The position numbers and the translations under genes are program-made. Positions 33,240 to 46,114 of a stretch of DNA of 64,000 nucleotides are shown here, in pieces (within the stretch, counting starts at the first letter, position 1; each line of letters starts with the position of its first letter). Source of the stretch: Octopus vulgaris (lineage: Eukaryota). The stretch covers positions 47,678,001 through 47,742,000 of the forward strand of contig OX597817.1 in the NCBI GenBank assembly GCA_951406725.2, read 5' to 3'. Below the pieces are notes generated by a model, which was given only the letters and a program-made list of their open reading frames with translations, was not told the DNA's origin and did no database searches.

Positions 33240-34102
33240 GTGAGTTAAAATGTTGGGTGGAGAATGCTTCAATGGGTACCTTTATTATGCATGCACCTTT
33301 AATATCGTCATTGACCCTGTAGCAGGGCAGTCGGATTATTTTGCTCCTGCATAACAAACACGCTGGTACTGCATTTTAAAAGCTAGCGGCAGAGGAATAC
33401 ACATGACTTCTGCCCAGCTGAAGGGTATGATAACTTCAAAAAAACTTTCGGTAACTTCCTATAATTGATGACTTGATGAAGGGAAAAGCAATTAAATTGA
33501 TGGTCGTTATCAACATCATTACGGTGGCAAGTTGGCAAAATCGTTAATGCTTCTGACTTAAAAGAAAAAACGAATTCTTAGCTGCATTTCTTCCAGCTCT
33601 TTATGTTCTGAGTTCAAATTCTGCTGAGGTCAACTTTGGTTTTCATCTTTTCGGGCGTCAGAGTTATTGGCTAATCCCTGACCCCTAAAATTGCTGGCCT
33701 TGTGCCAAAATTAGAAATAATTATATACATCATTTTCACGACTGCTTTGTGGCAGTGATGAGGTGGAAGACAGCATGGATATTGTTGCTGTTTATTTTCT
33801 GGTCAGCACTGATCAGACTGATCTGTAATCAGACATTCCATCCATGACAAACCATCTTCATAGGAGAGTGCATTATCTTACCTATTATGTCCTTCCATTT
33901 TGAAGACAGTAGAATATCATTTGAGGCAGAATTGATTGCTATTTCTGGTTGGTCAGTCACCCATGTAGAGGGTCCATTCATTAGCACATGGACAATGAGC
34001 TGACGGTTGTTTGTTTTCACTGCATGTATGACTAAAGCAATTATTCTCTTCATCGTCAATCTTGTTTAATTACAGTGTATTGTTTCATTTCCTCTGTTCC
34101 AG

Positions 34103-34189
34103 ACTGTCAATGGAACCTGCTTATTTTATTATCTACCGGTGAACTGTTGATCTTTAAAGACCTCAACAAAGATTTTTTTGCTTCTGGAG
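34103..34189 (+). CDS. KNTC1: KNTC1 coding exon 5
   Basis: tccag|(D)CQWNLLILLSTGELLIFKDLNKDFFASG|gtaatt. Confidence 0.88.
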
Positions 34190-35341
34190 GTAATTGTTTT
34201 GTTTTGTATTTTTTTCTTTTGATTTGTTTGTTTTAACAGGGAATTTTTAAAAATCCGAATTTGTGTTTAAATTGAATTTCTTAATTTACAAACTGTTTTT
34301 TAAAATTTTTTATATGACCCACCTGAGACCACCCAAAATTTCATAAAATAAGTCTTGCTTTTACATATTTTTTTAAACTTGTTTCAGTCATTTGAGTGTG
34401 GCCATGCTGGAGCACTGCCTTTAGTCGAACAAATCGACCCCAGGACTTTGTAAGCCTAGTACTTATTCTATTGGTCTCTTTTGCCCAACCGCTAAGTTAC
34501 GGGGTCGTAAACACACCAGCATCGGTTGTCAAGCGATGTTGGGGGGGACAAACATACATACACACACACACATATATCTATACACGATGAGCTTCTTTCA
34601 GTTTCCGTCTCCCAAATCCACTCACAAGGCTTTGGTCTGCCCAAGGCTATAGTAGTAGACACTTGCCCAAGGTGCCACGCAGTGGAACGGAACCCGGAAC
34701 TATGTGGTTTGTAAGCAAGCTACTTAACCACACAGCCAATTACATCTAAATTAAAACCTTTTATTAATAATAAGAAGAAACTTATTTCTTTTAACACCAT
34801 TTTCGAAATTAACTGAAACCCAGATACAGTGTATTTCATTAGAAATACAAGTTTATGTTTGGTACAATGGATGTAGGAAAATTAAAACCACTTTCTTCAA
34901 AAACACCCAACATATATGAAAGGATGCTGGATTCAAAATAATTTGGCTGACACTGGATTAAATTTATAATTTGGAGAAATGTTTTTATCAATGTCTATAC
35001 ATTAGTGTTGGAAATATTTGGGCAGCCTTTATAATTCTAGAAGAAATATATACAGAGATGTTAAATACACTCTCTCGCAGTGCAAGATGACTATCTCGCT
35101 GAACTAAAATTAGTTTTTCTGATTGAACCATGTGCTTGAAATCTTCAATGGTAAAATAATTTGAAAACCTCATTTTGAATAAAAGTATATTAAATTGGAA
35201 TTTTTAAGTATTTTCTAGACAGTATAGATTTTAATTGTTTTTCATGTAGTACCTCAAACTTTATTCTGGTATAGATGACAAAACAGGTTAAACTTATCAA
35301 ATTTTACATTGATCTAATTTTATATTCTTTTCAAATTTCAG

Positions 35342-35454
35342 AAGACCTTGCAAGCAAACTTTACAAGAAATTGGCTTTCCGTTCCGAAACCTCTGAAATA
35401 CATCAAAATGGTGCCACAGATGTAATTGTAGCAAATAAGAATATTATTACAGCA
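35342..35454 (+). CDS. KNTC1: KNTC1 coding exon 6
   Basis: ttcag|(E)DLASKLYKKLAFRSETSEIHQNGATDVIVANKNIITA|gtatgc. Confidence 0.87.
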
Positions 35455-36646
35455 GTATGCTATCTCCTTAATTTTTCTTATTTCAAATTAAATGAGTGAT
35501 TGTTATTTCTTTTAGATCCTTCTTAGGGAGGTGGTATGATAGGGTCAGAGCGTTAGACAAAATACACTGTATTCAACTACTGCACTTTACATTCTCAGTT
35601 GAAATTCCACCAATATTGGACTTACCCTTTTGTACTAAAGTCAAGCTTAATGATTACATATTTAGGCCCCTCGCTATCTAAGGAGCATAGGCCAGCACCA
35701 ATTTTTCTCCGGTTCTTCACTCTAGGTTGTCTTTACTGCTTCTCTCAGTTGGATACTATGAGAAGCATGATTTCAATTGTCATTGATGCTTCTTTTAGCT
35801 TTTACTTGTTTCAGTCATTAGACTGTGACTGTACTGGGGCACCACCTAGAAGTTCAGATGAAAGAATCGACCCTCAGTACTTTTTTTTTTTTTTGTCTTG
35901 ACATCACAAGAATATTCTAAAAGAATGTCATCTTCATACATGCAGTTTCCTTATTTCCATTCTTCCATGAAAAACATAACCAGTCCACATCATCTTTAAC
36001 GTCTGCTTTCCATGTTGGCATGGGTGGGATGGTTTGACTGTGGACTGGCAAGGCAGAAGGCTGCACCAGGCTTCAATCTGATCTGGCAAGGTTTCTACCG
36101 CTGGATGTCCTTTCTAACGCCAACCACTCCAAGAGTGTAGTGGGCGCCTATTACATGCCACTAGCACGAGGGCCAATCAGGTGGTACTAGCATGAACCAT
36201 GCTTGAATGGTGCTTTTTACATTCCAGTGGCATGGGAGCCAGTCAAGCAGCACTATGGAGGAAATATTATCTTACTTGGAAACAGGTGAGGGGGTCATCT
36301 ACAGGAAGGGTATCCAATCACTTAAATTCTTTCTCAACAGATTCCATCCTTGGAAAAGTAGATATTAAAATGATGTTGAAGATGAGACGTGGCATATTTT
36401 CTATAGTAGAGACATCTTCAGAATCTATACGTTGTAAGCCATCCCTACTGGTAACAAAAATGATCTTTCACTAGGGTATTTTAAGGGGATATAGTCAGCT
36501 GAAGGCTTTGGTTAAGATAAAATTTCTGAAACCTTTCACTGTGACATCTGATGGATTTAGCACTACCCAACTTTTGAAGGCAATTTTATGATTTGTTTAA
36601 TCTATTTTGCAAAAACAATTCCTCAGCAGTATTTACTCCTCAAATC

Positions 36647-37206
36647 CAGTGGTTCTCAACCATTTTTCACCTGTACACCCCTTTGATCCCTAATTTACTA
36701 AGGTGGACCCTCATAGCCATTTGATGTTTTGAAAAGAATTCCCATTATATTCTTATACATAAATATTATTAGGACCTGTATAAAAAAAAATTGACATTTT
36801 TTTATATTGTAGAAGTATGAACAATTTATTGCACACTAGCAGTATAACCCAGTTTTCTCTGGGATTAAGTTAGGATTATTAAGCTAATCCAGTTCTTTAT
36901 TTCAAACCAAACTAAGTAGCATCAACGTCAAATTTGGGCAAAATTCGTTGAAATTGGTTTATATATATATATATATGGGCAAGATATACACGTTTGTACA
37001 TACACCTATTGCATGTCTTTTGTACACATACATGTTCTTGTCTGTGTTGCCCGTATATCAACAAACCACCTTTTTCCTCGATGGAAAAAAAAACAACAAA
37101 AGTCTTAACAAAAACTTGCTCGTCACTAGATGGAGACAATGGTGATTTCTCCAACTTGAAAATTAAGTTTTGGTTGAAAATTTATTTTTACTGCTGAGTA
37201 CCACTG
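36647..37206. mobile_element. hAT MITE, possibly with a nested Helitron 3' end at ~36835-36865 (minus)
   Basis: CAGTGGTTCTCAAC / GCTGAGTACCACTG; TSD ctcaaatc/atctaatc. Confidence 0.65.
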
Positions 37207-37381
37207 ATCTAATCCATGCTAGCATAGAATAACAGATGTAAAGCAAATAAACAAAAGAGCTGAGAGAAGGTTGTGAAATGTCAATCTGCACATACCCATG
37301 TGTGCACACACTATTTTCAGAAACATTTCTAATTCCAGTTTTTGCCTTGTTGAATTATGTTTCACTTTCTCTTTCCTTTAG

Positions 37382-37469
37382 GGCAATGGTACAACTGTTT
37401 TAGCCAGATGGATTTGGAAAGACGACAAATTGAAAATAACTGACGAAGTGGAAAATGCACTGCTAAACA
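37382..37469 (+). CDS. KNTC1: KNTC1 coding exon 7
   Basis: tttag|GNGTTVLARWIWKDDKLKITDEVENALLN|gttagt. Confidence 0.87.
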
Positions 37470-38170
37470 GTTAGTTACTTCTTAGCTTTTTTGTTCCAAT
37501 TAAATAATACAGTCGAATGGTAATTGTAGTTAAGACACCCATGCTGGTGAAACGTAAAAGCACCATTCGAGCATGGCAGTTACTAGCGTCGCCTGACTGG
37601 CGTCCGTGTCGGTAACACGTAAAAGAACCAACCGATCGTGGCCATTTGCCAGCCTGCTCTAGCTCTTGTGCCAGTGGCACGTAAACAGCACCCACTACAC
37701 TCACGGAGTGGTTGGTGTTAGGAAGGGCATCCAGCTGTAGAAACACTGCCAAATCAGACTAGAGTCTGGTGCAGCCTCCATGGCTTACCAGACCCCGGTC
37801 GAACCATCCAACCCATGCTAGCATGAAAAACGGACGTTAAATGATGATGATTGTCATCAACATTTTACTACACGTGGGTGTTTACCCCTGTTTCTAGGAG
37901 TTGCATGGATCGCACAGCATCTTGCCTCCTCTCACCTTCTTTCATGATCTGACACATGCAACGAGACAGAAAATTCACTTATCTTTGTTGCTATGCATGT
38001 CATGGTTTTATAACTGGATGTGATGGTGCAGGAATGGTAGTGTGGTAAAATGCTTACTTCCTAATCACATGGTTCTAGGTTCAGTCCTACTGTGAGGCAA
38101 CTTGAGCAACCAAAGATTTGTGAGTGGATTTGGAAGACAGAAACTGAAAGAAATCTGTCAAACATGTATG

Positions 38171-38391
38171 TGGATTATTTACATTTGACGGATATTTGTC
38201 TTCATCTTGTTTGTTAACACAACATTTCGGCTGATATACCCTCCGGCCTTCATCAGGTGTCCTGGGGAAATTTTGAACCTGGGTTCTCATTCCTAAGGTA
38301 TTTTTCGATGTTGTTATTATTATTAATCAGCTCACTGCCTGAAATCAAACTCGGAATCTTGGGGTTCGTAGCCCGCGCTCTTAACCACTAC
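38171..38391 (-). mobile_element. Copy C: tRNA-headed element with a minimal type I hammerhead motif (38217-38260)
   Basis: Minus strand: GTAGTGGTTAAGAGCGCGGGCTACGAA...GAGTTTGATTTC head, then acac CTGATGA a ggccg-gagggtatat-cagcc GAAA TGTT gtgt. Confidence 0.75.
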
Positions 38392-38829
38392 ATGCACTCA
38401 CACACATGGTGCAACAAGCTTCTTTCAGTTTCCATCTACCAAATCTAGTCTCAAGGCTACAGTAGAAAACACTTCCCCAAGGTGCTGTACAATGGGATTG
38501 AACCCAAGACCACGTGGTTAGGAAGCAAGCTTCTCAATTACAACTGAATAAACTCTATTTCAGACACCTACAGCATTTTTTTAATGATTCCATATATGAC
38601 AGGACAATTATTCTCTTTTCTTGAAGCCCAAAAGGGTTGGGTTTTGTGTGTGTATGTTCTGGACCAGTACCAGATTGCAGGCCATAATTTAGGCAGCAGC
38701 AATATTCCCATTCCAACATTCTTTTGTTAGATAGTCATTACTCTGCCATAAAAATTCTTTGCATATTAGACATCTTGTTAATGTCTTCACTTCACCTGAT
38801 CAAGAATTCTGTATTCCTTTTTTTTGTAG

Positions 38830-38894
38830 ATGTTGGTATTAAGTCTATTCAGACAACGTTGAATGGGAAATATCTCTTCGTTCTTGATAAAAAT
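38830..38894 (+). CDS. KNTC1: KNTC1 coding exon 8
   Basis: tgtag|(N)VGIKSIQTTLNGKYLFVLDKN|gtgagt. Confidence 0.9.
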
Positions 38895-38922
38895 GTGAGT
38901 AGTCTGTGGTTTGACAATTTTT

Positions 38923-38959
<37 letters not shown>

Positions 38960-39039
38960 GATTTTGTCCCAAAGCAAGCTTGAGGTCACTGAAGCATAAG
39001 GGAGTACATCAAAGGAAATGAAGGGACCTGTACATTTAA

Positions 39040-39448
39040 CCCTTTAGTGTTCGCATAATTCTGTCAAAATGAATCCTTTTTTATCCACATTGTTTTGAAC
39101 TAATCAGGCATTATCTTGTAGCTATGAGATTTTGATGAGGTAGCTGTTCATTTTTAAAACGATATTGTAGGGTTGGTGAGCTGGCAGAAACCTTAGCACG
39201 CTGGGCGAAATGCTTAGCGGTATTTCGTCTGCCGTTACGTTCTGAGTTCAAATTTTGGGGTCGATAAATTAAGGACCAGTTACGCACTGGGGTCGATGTA
39301 ATCGACTTAATCCATTTATCTGTCCTTGTTTAGCCCCTTGTGTCGTAGTAAAGAAATAGGTATTGTAGGGCTTGTGTGAGAGACCAGATCTGGCCAGTTT
39401 GAACATAAAACAGGCAGAATACTTTTGGCCGGTTTAAATGCTAAAGGG
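39040..39448. mobile_element. piggyBac-type MITE, second family (also 46684-46901), with a nested SINE A
   Basis: TTAA|CCCTTTAG ... CTAAAGGG|TTAA. Confidence 0.8.
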
Positions 39449-39815
39449 TTAAAAGACTATGATTGACAGAAATCTTGTCCATTTAGCATTCAGATCAATC
39501 TGTCAAATGTAATTCTTATTTATTCACATTGTTTTGAATTGATCGAGAAGTATTTTGTAGCTTCAAGATTTTCATAATGTGAATCCTTATTTTTGGGACA
39601 TTTGAAGGACAGGTGTGAGAGGCTGCATTTGGCTGGTTTGAACATAAAACAGTTAGAATATTCTGGCCAGATCCAGATCCGGCTAGTTTGAATACTAAAG
39701 GGTTGATGAACTGAATATCATAGACCAGAGGAAAACAGAACAATGATAAGGGGTTCCATAGAGCAGCAATTCAAGGAAAGAAGCTATGAGAATAAAAGGA
39801 CTCATAGACTTATAG

Positions 39816-40087
39816 CAGTGCTTCCCTAAGTGAGCGGTATTGCTCCCCTGGGTGGGGGTGGGGGGTTCCAAGAGGGCATTAAAGAAAAGTGGGGCGATAA
39901 TGGGGTAGATATTCGTGCAAGACCCACAAAATAATGGGTTCATTAGGTTAAGTTTTATTTGTGAAATACAGTGGCTTTGAATTTACTTCAGAAAGATGTC
40001 TGTTTGTGGTGGTTTGTTGGTTGGTTGGAGTGGGGGCACTAGGAAGGTGTCAGGGGCAGGGAGCCCAAAAAATTTTGGGAACCACTG
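39816..40087. mobile_element. hAT MITE
   Basis: CAGTGCTTCCC / GGGAACCACTG; TSD acttatag/acttacaa. Confidence 0.75.
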
Positions 40088-40293
40088 ACTTACAAGAAAC
40101 TCAACAGGTAATCGATACACCCTCATCAATTTTACATGTTTTCTTTTCGCCTTGCTGCCAGAGGGTAGACAATGCTTATTGCGACAGTATTTTGTGGCCG
40201 AGTGCTCTTCCTGTTGCCAAAATCACTGAGCTAGGGACATATTGTTTATGTAAACACTCACATACTACATATATAACTGGCTTCCTTCAGTTT

Positions 40294-40698
40294 CTTATTT
40301 CTTCATTGCCCACAAGGGGCTAAACATAGAGGTGACAAACAAGGACAGACAAACGGATTAAGTCGATTACATCAACCCCAGTGCATAACTGGTACTTAAT
40401 TTATTGACCCCAAAAGTATGAAAGGCAGAGTTGACCTTGGCGGAATTTGAACTCAGAACGTAACGGCAGACGAAATACCTATTTCTTTACTACCCACAAG
40501 GGGCTAAACACAGAGGGGACAAACAGATTATGTCAATTACATCGACCCCATTGCATATCTGGTACTTAATTTATTGACCCCCGAAAGGACGAAAGGCAAA
40601 GTTGACCTCGGTGGAATCTGAACTCAGAACATAATGGCAGACGAAATACCGCTAAGCATTTCGCTCGGCATACTAACGTTTCTGCCAGCTCGCCGCCT
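40294..40698 (-). mobile_element. Dimeric SINE family A
   Basis: Two tails; junction at the same internal GGTATTTCG site. Confidence 0.85.
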
Positions 40699-41650
40699 TC
40701 TGTTCAATTTCTGTCTATCAAACATCACTAAATAGCAGTCAGCCTAGGGCTTATAAAAAGATCAATGCCCAAGGTGCTACTTAATGGGATGGAACCCAAA
40801 ACCATGTTGTTACAAAACAAATTGTATAACTGTGGAACTGACTGCACTTTGTCTATTATTAATATTATCTTATAATAATTCTGCTTGTTACTGCGTTACT
40901 TAGCCCATCCGTAATGCTTCCACGTTATTAGTTGAAGAGGAAGGGGAGGATGAGGTAGTAGTGGGTGAAATGTGTACATTAATCTCTTGACTATCACGGG
41001 TGTTATGTTCCAAAACCTCACCTGGATAGGTGAAAATCTGCAAAGCAGAAACAGTTCTGTACTCTTTTACTTGTTTCAGACATTTGACTGCGGCCATGCT
41101 GAAGCACCGTCTTTAGTCAAGCAAATCGAGCCCAGGACTTATTCTTTGTAAGCCTAGTACTTATTCTATTGGCAAGCCAAGCCGCTAGGTTACGTGGACG
41201 TAAGCACACAAGCAGTGTTGGGAGGACAAACACACACACATATATATGACGCTAAATGATGATGATATACATACATATATACGATGGGCTTCTTTCAGTT
41301 TCCATCTACCAAATCCACTCACAAGGCTTTGGTCGGCTCGAGGCTATAGGAGAAGACACTTGCCCAAGGTGCCATGCAGTGGGACTGAACCCAGAACTAT
41401 GTGGTTGGTAAGCAAGCTACTTACCACACAGCCACTCCTGTGCCTATAATAATACTGTATATATTTTATAAATTTTTTATATTTATTTTATTATAAATGC
41501 AAAAACAACCCCATGGAGGAATCGACGTAAGCTTAAATGATAAACCACGGTGGGTGAACTGCTATGTGACAAGGGATTTCTTTTTCTTTAACTAAGTTTT
41601 TTTCCTCTGTTATTTCCTCTGTTTTTATTTTTCCTTTTGTCTGTCTGTAG

Positions 41651-41760
41651 GAAACTCTGAGCCTGTGGGATGCCACTTCTTTGATTCTTTTAGAAACTTT
41701 CTCAAACTTGGCTGTGAAAGGATTCAACATTCTTGATACAAGTACTTTATCAAGCTCAAG
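41651..41760 (+). CDS. KNTC1: KNTC1 coding exon 9
   Basis: tgtag|ETLSLWDATSLILLETFSNLAVKGFNILDTSTLSSS|gtaaac. Confidence 0.9.
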
Positions 41761-42462
41761 GTAAACTAATTCATTCAACTCGTTAGCATTCCCATTGCTC
41801 TGTCATATGTTATGCTTATTTATTTATCATCATCATTTAACGTCCGTTTTCCGCGCTAGCACGGGTTGGACGGTTCGACCGGGGTCTGGGAAGCTAGGGG
41901 CTGCACCAGGCTCCAGTCTGATCTGGCAGAGTTTCTACAGCTGGATGCCCTTCCTAACGCCAACCACTCTGCGAGTGAATTAATCTTGCAGCTTTGGATT
42001 TTGAGGACGTGACTGTTTATTTTCAGAATGACATTGTAGGGTAAAGGTGAAAGGCTGGATCTGACCAATTTGAACATGAGAGATTGTTGCCAAAGCAACA
42101 AGCTGGCCTTCGTGCCGATGGCATGTTAAGCAGACCATTCGAGCGTGATCGTTACCGCGTAGCCTTACTAGCACTTGTGCTGGTGGCATGTGAAATATTT
42201 GAGCGAGGTCGTCACCAGTGCCACTGGACTGGCTCCTGTGCATGTGATGTGGCACGTAGAAAGCACCATTTGGGCGTGGGCGTGGCCGTTGCCAGTACCA
42301 CCAAACTGGCACGTAAAAGCACCCACTACACTCTCGGAATGGTTGCCGTTAGGAATTTTTTTTAAATGTTTAAATTGTTATTCAGCTACTAAAATCAAAT
42401 GCATATTAATCATTCTAGATATAATCCCCCTCCTCAATGCTGTTGTTTTAATCTGTTTTTAG

Positions 42463-42607
42463 CCTCAAAAATATTCGACTTGTTATACTGAAGAAAGAGA
42501 AACCCGGGGAAACTTTTCTAGAAGTACGACAGCTGCCTGATTTTGAATGTATCTACCAATTAAAACTAGGTGCAGTCGTTGAGCTCACTCAATCAAATCC
42601 TACCCAG
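42463..42607 (+). CDS. KNTC1: KNTC1 coding exon 10
   Basis: tttag|(S)LKNIRLVILKKEKPGETFLEVRQLPDFECIYQLKLGAVVELTQSNPTQ|gtagct. Confidence 0.9.
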
Positions 42608-44529
42608 GTAGCTTCTTTCTCTAATTTTAATTGTCTTCTTTTTTAAGAGGTGCTAACGTGAAATTGCATAAAATATCGGATTAAGCCCTTTGGCAGCTTG
42701 GATGAATTTGGGCAAGTTGGTTGGAGTTCAAAAATTTTTTAAATAAATAAGTCAATAATTATAAAAAAGAAACTTCCTTTGCATGCAAGCAAGCTGGTCA
42801 AAAACGTATATAAAAAGTAAAAAGTCTGGAAATATGAAATATTACAAATGTTATAAATATTGTGGGTCTATAAAATAAGGTTTATAGATGAGTTTGGTTC
42901 AGCAGAAGCTGGGTTTTTAAGGATTTTTTGAAATTTGACAGTGAAAAAAATGTTACTCTTTTACTTGTTTCAGTCATGCTGGAGCACCGCCCTTTGTTGA
43001 GCAAATCGACCCCAGGACTTATTCTTTGTAAGCCTAGTACTTATTCTATAGGTTCTTTTGCCGAACCACTAAGTTACAGGGATGTACACATACCAGCATC
43101 GGTTGTCAAACGATGTTGGGGGGACAAACATATACACGCACATACATGTATACGATAGGCTTCTTTCAGTTTCCACCTACCAAATCCATTCGCAAGGCTT
43201 TGGTCGGCCTGAGGCTATAGTAAAAGACACTTGCCCAAGGTGCTACACTGTGGGAATGAACCCAGAACCATATGGTTGGTAAGCAAGCGACTTACCACAC
43301 AGCCACTCCTGTTCCTATGTTGTTTAGCTTTCATGATAAAATATTATTCCATATGTTAATACTATTATAAATAAGGCTTTTTTTGACAAAAATGCCAACC
43401 ACTTTACAGAGGGTACTAGGTGGTTTTTATATGCCCTCACCACTAGTGAGGTTGTCAGTTAACTTGCACGACAAAACCCTTCAAACAAGAGGTGTTGCTA
43501 TTGAGGGCGTTGGCTTTGTGCCGGGTGATGAATGGTTAAAGCATTATAGAGGGGACTAGAACAGATGTGTTGCTTTTAGAAGAGATATGTGGTTTCATCT
43601 GTTGGAAAAGAGAGAGGACTGTAGTGAAAATGTGGCAGGGTGTACCGTCCTTGGATGAAATAAATGCTAGATGCTCAGGTAGATTCATCATTATAATATC
43701 TGTGCCAAGGGTGGCAAGCTGGTAAGATCGTTACCATGCAACACTGAATCATTAACATGCAAGCTGGTAGAATCGTTAAAGTTCTTAGCAGGATTTCATC
43801 CATCTTTACATTTTGAGTTAAAAACCTGCTAGGGCCAACTTCGCCTTTCTTTCAGGGTTAATAAAGTAAGTACCAGTTGAGCACTGGGGTCAATATAATC
43901 ACCTAGCCCCTTCCCTTGGTCTTGTGCCAAAATTTAGAATTATATCATCATGATATATTTGTACCACCATTTAGAAATGGTTAACTAATAATGATGAAGG
44001 CATCAGATTATAAGCCAAAATGGCTAATATTTGCGTCTTGTTTACAACATCTATCCCAGGTCCTTTAATAAAGTCATTAACTGGTCTCACTTTATATTAA
44101 AAAGAATTTGCTTAAAAGAGCAAAAACAAAGTATAGACATCCTCTGATTTGAGGAATGTGACAGGAAGCTGTTTGTTCAGGTACTCAGCCTCACCTAAGA
44201 ACTTCTTTTACCCGAGTCAGTAATCAACTTTGGTTCTGGGTCAGATTATGTTTTGATGATTCATGCTGGAGCGTAACAGTTCATATTGTGTTAAGTCATG
44301 TACAGGTATCCACAATCAATAATTTGTGGATTGCTCGGTCAGTTCCACATTAATTTCACGAGCAGGCTCTTCCATTGATCAGATCAACTGGAATCCTGAT
44401 CATCGTAACCAGCAACGTGGCAGAAGAGGTATCCATCACTAGATGAAGGCCTTACTTAACTATAAAAAGATTCCTCAACAGCAAACTATTGAAAACGAAA
44501 TTCTGATGTCTAGAATTATTTATTTGCAG

Positions 44530-44567
44530 GAGAATTTGAATATTGTCGAAGGCTGTACAGATCTGAT
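44530..44567 (+). CDS. KNTC1: KNTC1 coding exon 11 (38 nt)
   Basis: tgcag|ENLNIVEGCTDL|gtaagt; phase fits both neighbours. Confidence 0.85.
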
Positions 44568-44851
44568 GTAAGTAAGGTGTTTTTGTCTAAACATATTATC
44601 ATCATTTAACATCCACTTTTCCATGCTTGCATGGGTTGGATGGAATTTGCTTTTAGGTAGATTAAGTGGTGACAATTAGAATGTTACTTGTAATGTAGAA
44701 CAGGATGTAACAAGATCACATTGTAGTAATTACAATATGAAATAAACTGCACCTTTTACCTGTGTATTCAATAACTTAACAGTACCAAAAAGATTTTCTA
44801 ACATAACCACATTTTATTTATTTATTTTTTTTCTTTTGTCTTTTTTTATAG

Positions 44852-44914
44852 AAGTCCTGAGAGTTTTGAATCCTTGCGATTTCGTGTCATAACAGAAAGT
44901 GATGCAGAAACGCG
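44852..44914 (+). CDS. KNTC1: KNTC1 coding exon 12
   Basis: tatag|(I)SPESFESLRFRVITESDAET|gttcgt. Confidence 0.87.
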
Positions 44915-44979
44915 GTTCGTTGACCATTGCTATTTTATCGTCATATTATCTTTTGTGTTATAAATTATAAAATCATGCT

Positions 44980-45015
<36 letters not shown>

Positions 45016-45068
45016 CATGGAGAAAGAGAGAGTTTATATTATTTGTATTATTTTCATATGCATTTCAG

Positions 45069-45144
45069 GTTTCAGACTTTACTTCGTAAGATGCGCTTTG
45101 AAGAAGCCAAGAATTTTGCTGAACAGTATGGCCTTGACATACAG
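45069..45144 (+). CDS. KNTC1: KNTC1 coding exon 13
   Basis: ttcag|(R)FQTLLRKMRFEEAKNFAEQYGLDIQ|gtaaat. Confidence 0.95.
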
Positions 45145-45219
45145 GTAAATGGTATTTGTCTTATTTAGATTTCTGCTTCTTGACCAGTTTCATACTCGGA
45201 TGGTGGGGAGAGAAACACA

Positions 45220-45904
45220 GGCGGTGGACTGGCAGAAACGTTAGCACACCAGGCGAAAAGCTTAGCCGTATTTCATCTGCCGCTACATTCTAAGTTCAAA
45301 TTCCACCAAGGTCGACTTTGCCTTTCATCCTTTCAGGGGCGATTAAATAAGTACCAGTTATGCACTGGGGTCGATATAATCGACTTAATCCATTTGTCCT
45401 TGTTTGTCCCCTCTGCGTGTAGCCCCTTGTGGGCAGTAAAGAAATAGGTATTTCGTCTGCCGTTACGTTCTGAGTTCAAATTCCTCCAAGGTCGACTTTG
45501 CCTTTCATCCTTTCGGAGTCGATAAATTAAGTACCAGTTACGCACTGGTTTGTCTGTCCTTGTTTGTCCCCTCTGTGTTTAGCCCCTTGTGGGTAGTAAA
45601 GAAATATATTGTCTCTCTCTCTCTCTCACTCGGATGGTGGGGAGACTTACACAGACACACGAATACACACACATACAGGCGGTGAACTGGCAGAAACGTT
45701 AGCACGCCGGGCAAAATGCTTAACCGTATTTCATCTGCTGCTACATTCGGAGTTCAAATTCCACCGAGGTCAACTTTGCCTTTCATCCTTTCAGGGCCGA
45801 TTAAATAAGTACCAGTTATGCACTGGGGTCGATATAATCGACTTAATCCATTTGTCCTTGTTTGTACCCTCTGTGTGTAGCCCCTTGTGGGCAGTAAAGA
45901 AATA
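45220..45904 (+). mobile_element. Cluster of tandem/nested SINE family A copies
   Basis: Three successive tails ending AAAGAAATA; the second copy restarts at GGTATTTCGTCTGCC. Confidence 0.85.
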
Positions 45905-45994
45905 AGAAACTGAGTGTCAGTATATACTTGTAGGGTAAAGATGTTCCCATATTTATACCAAAGCAAAATGTCTAAATGCCATTTCTTTTTACAG

Positions 45995-46114
45995 TCTCTC
46001 CACAAAGCTCATTTAAGGCATATTTTATATATGCTGTCTCCATGGAGAGAAGACACTGTTGACAATAAAAAAGAACTAACGAATAAACTATGGCTCCTTC
46101 TCAAGCTTGTTAAA
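45995..46114 (+). CDS. KNTC1: KNTC1 coding exon 14
   Basis: tacag|SLHKAHLRHILYMLSPWREDTVDNKKELTNKLWLLLKLVK|gtaagt. Confidence 0.92.
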
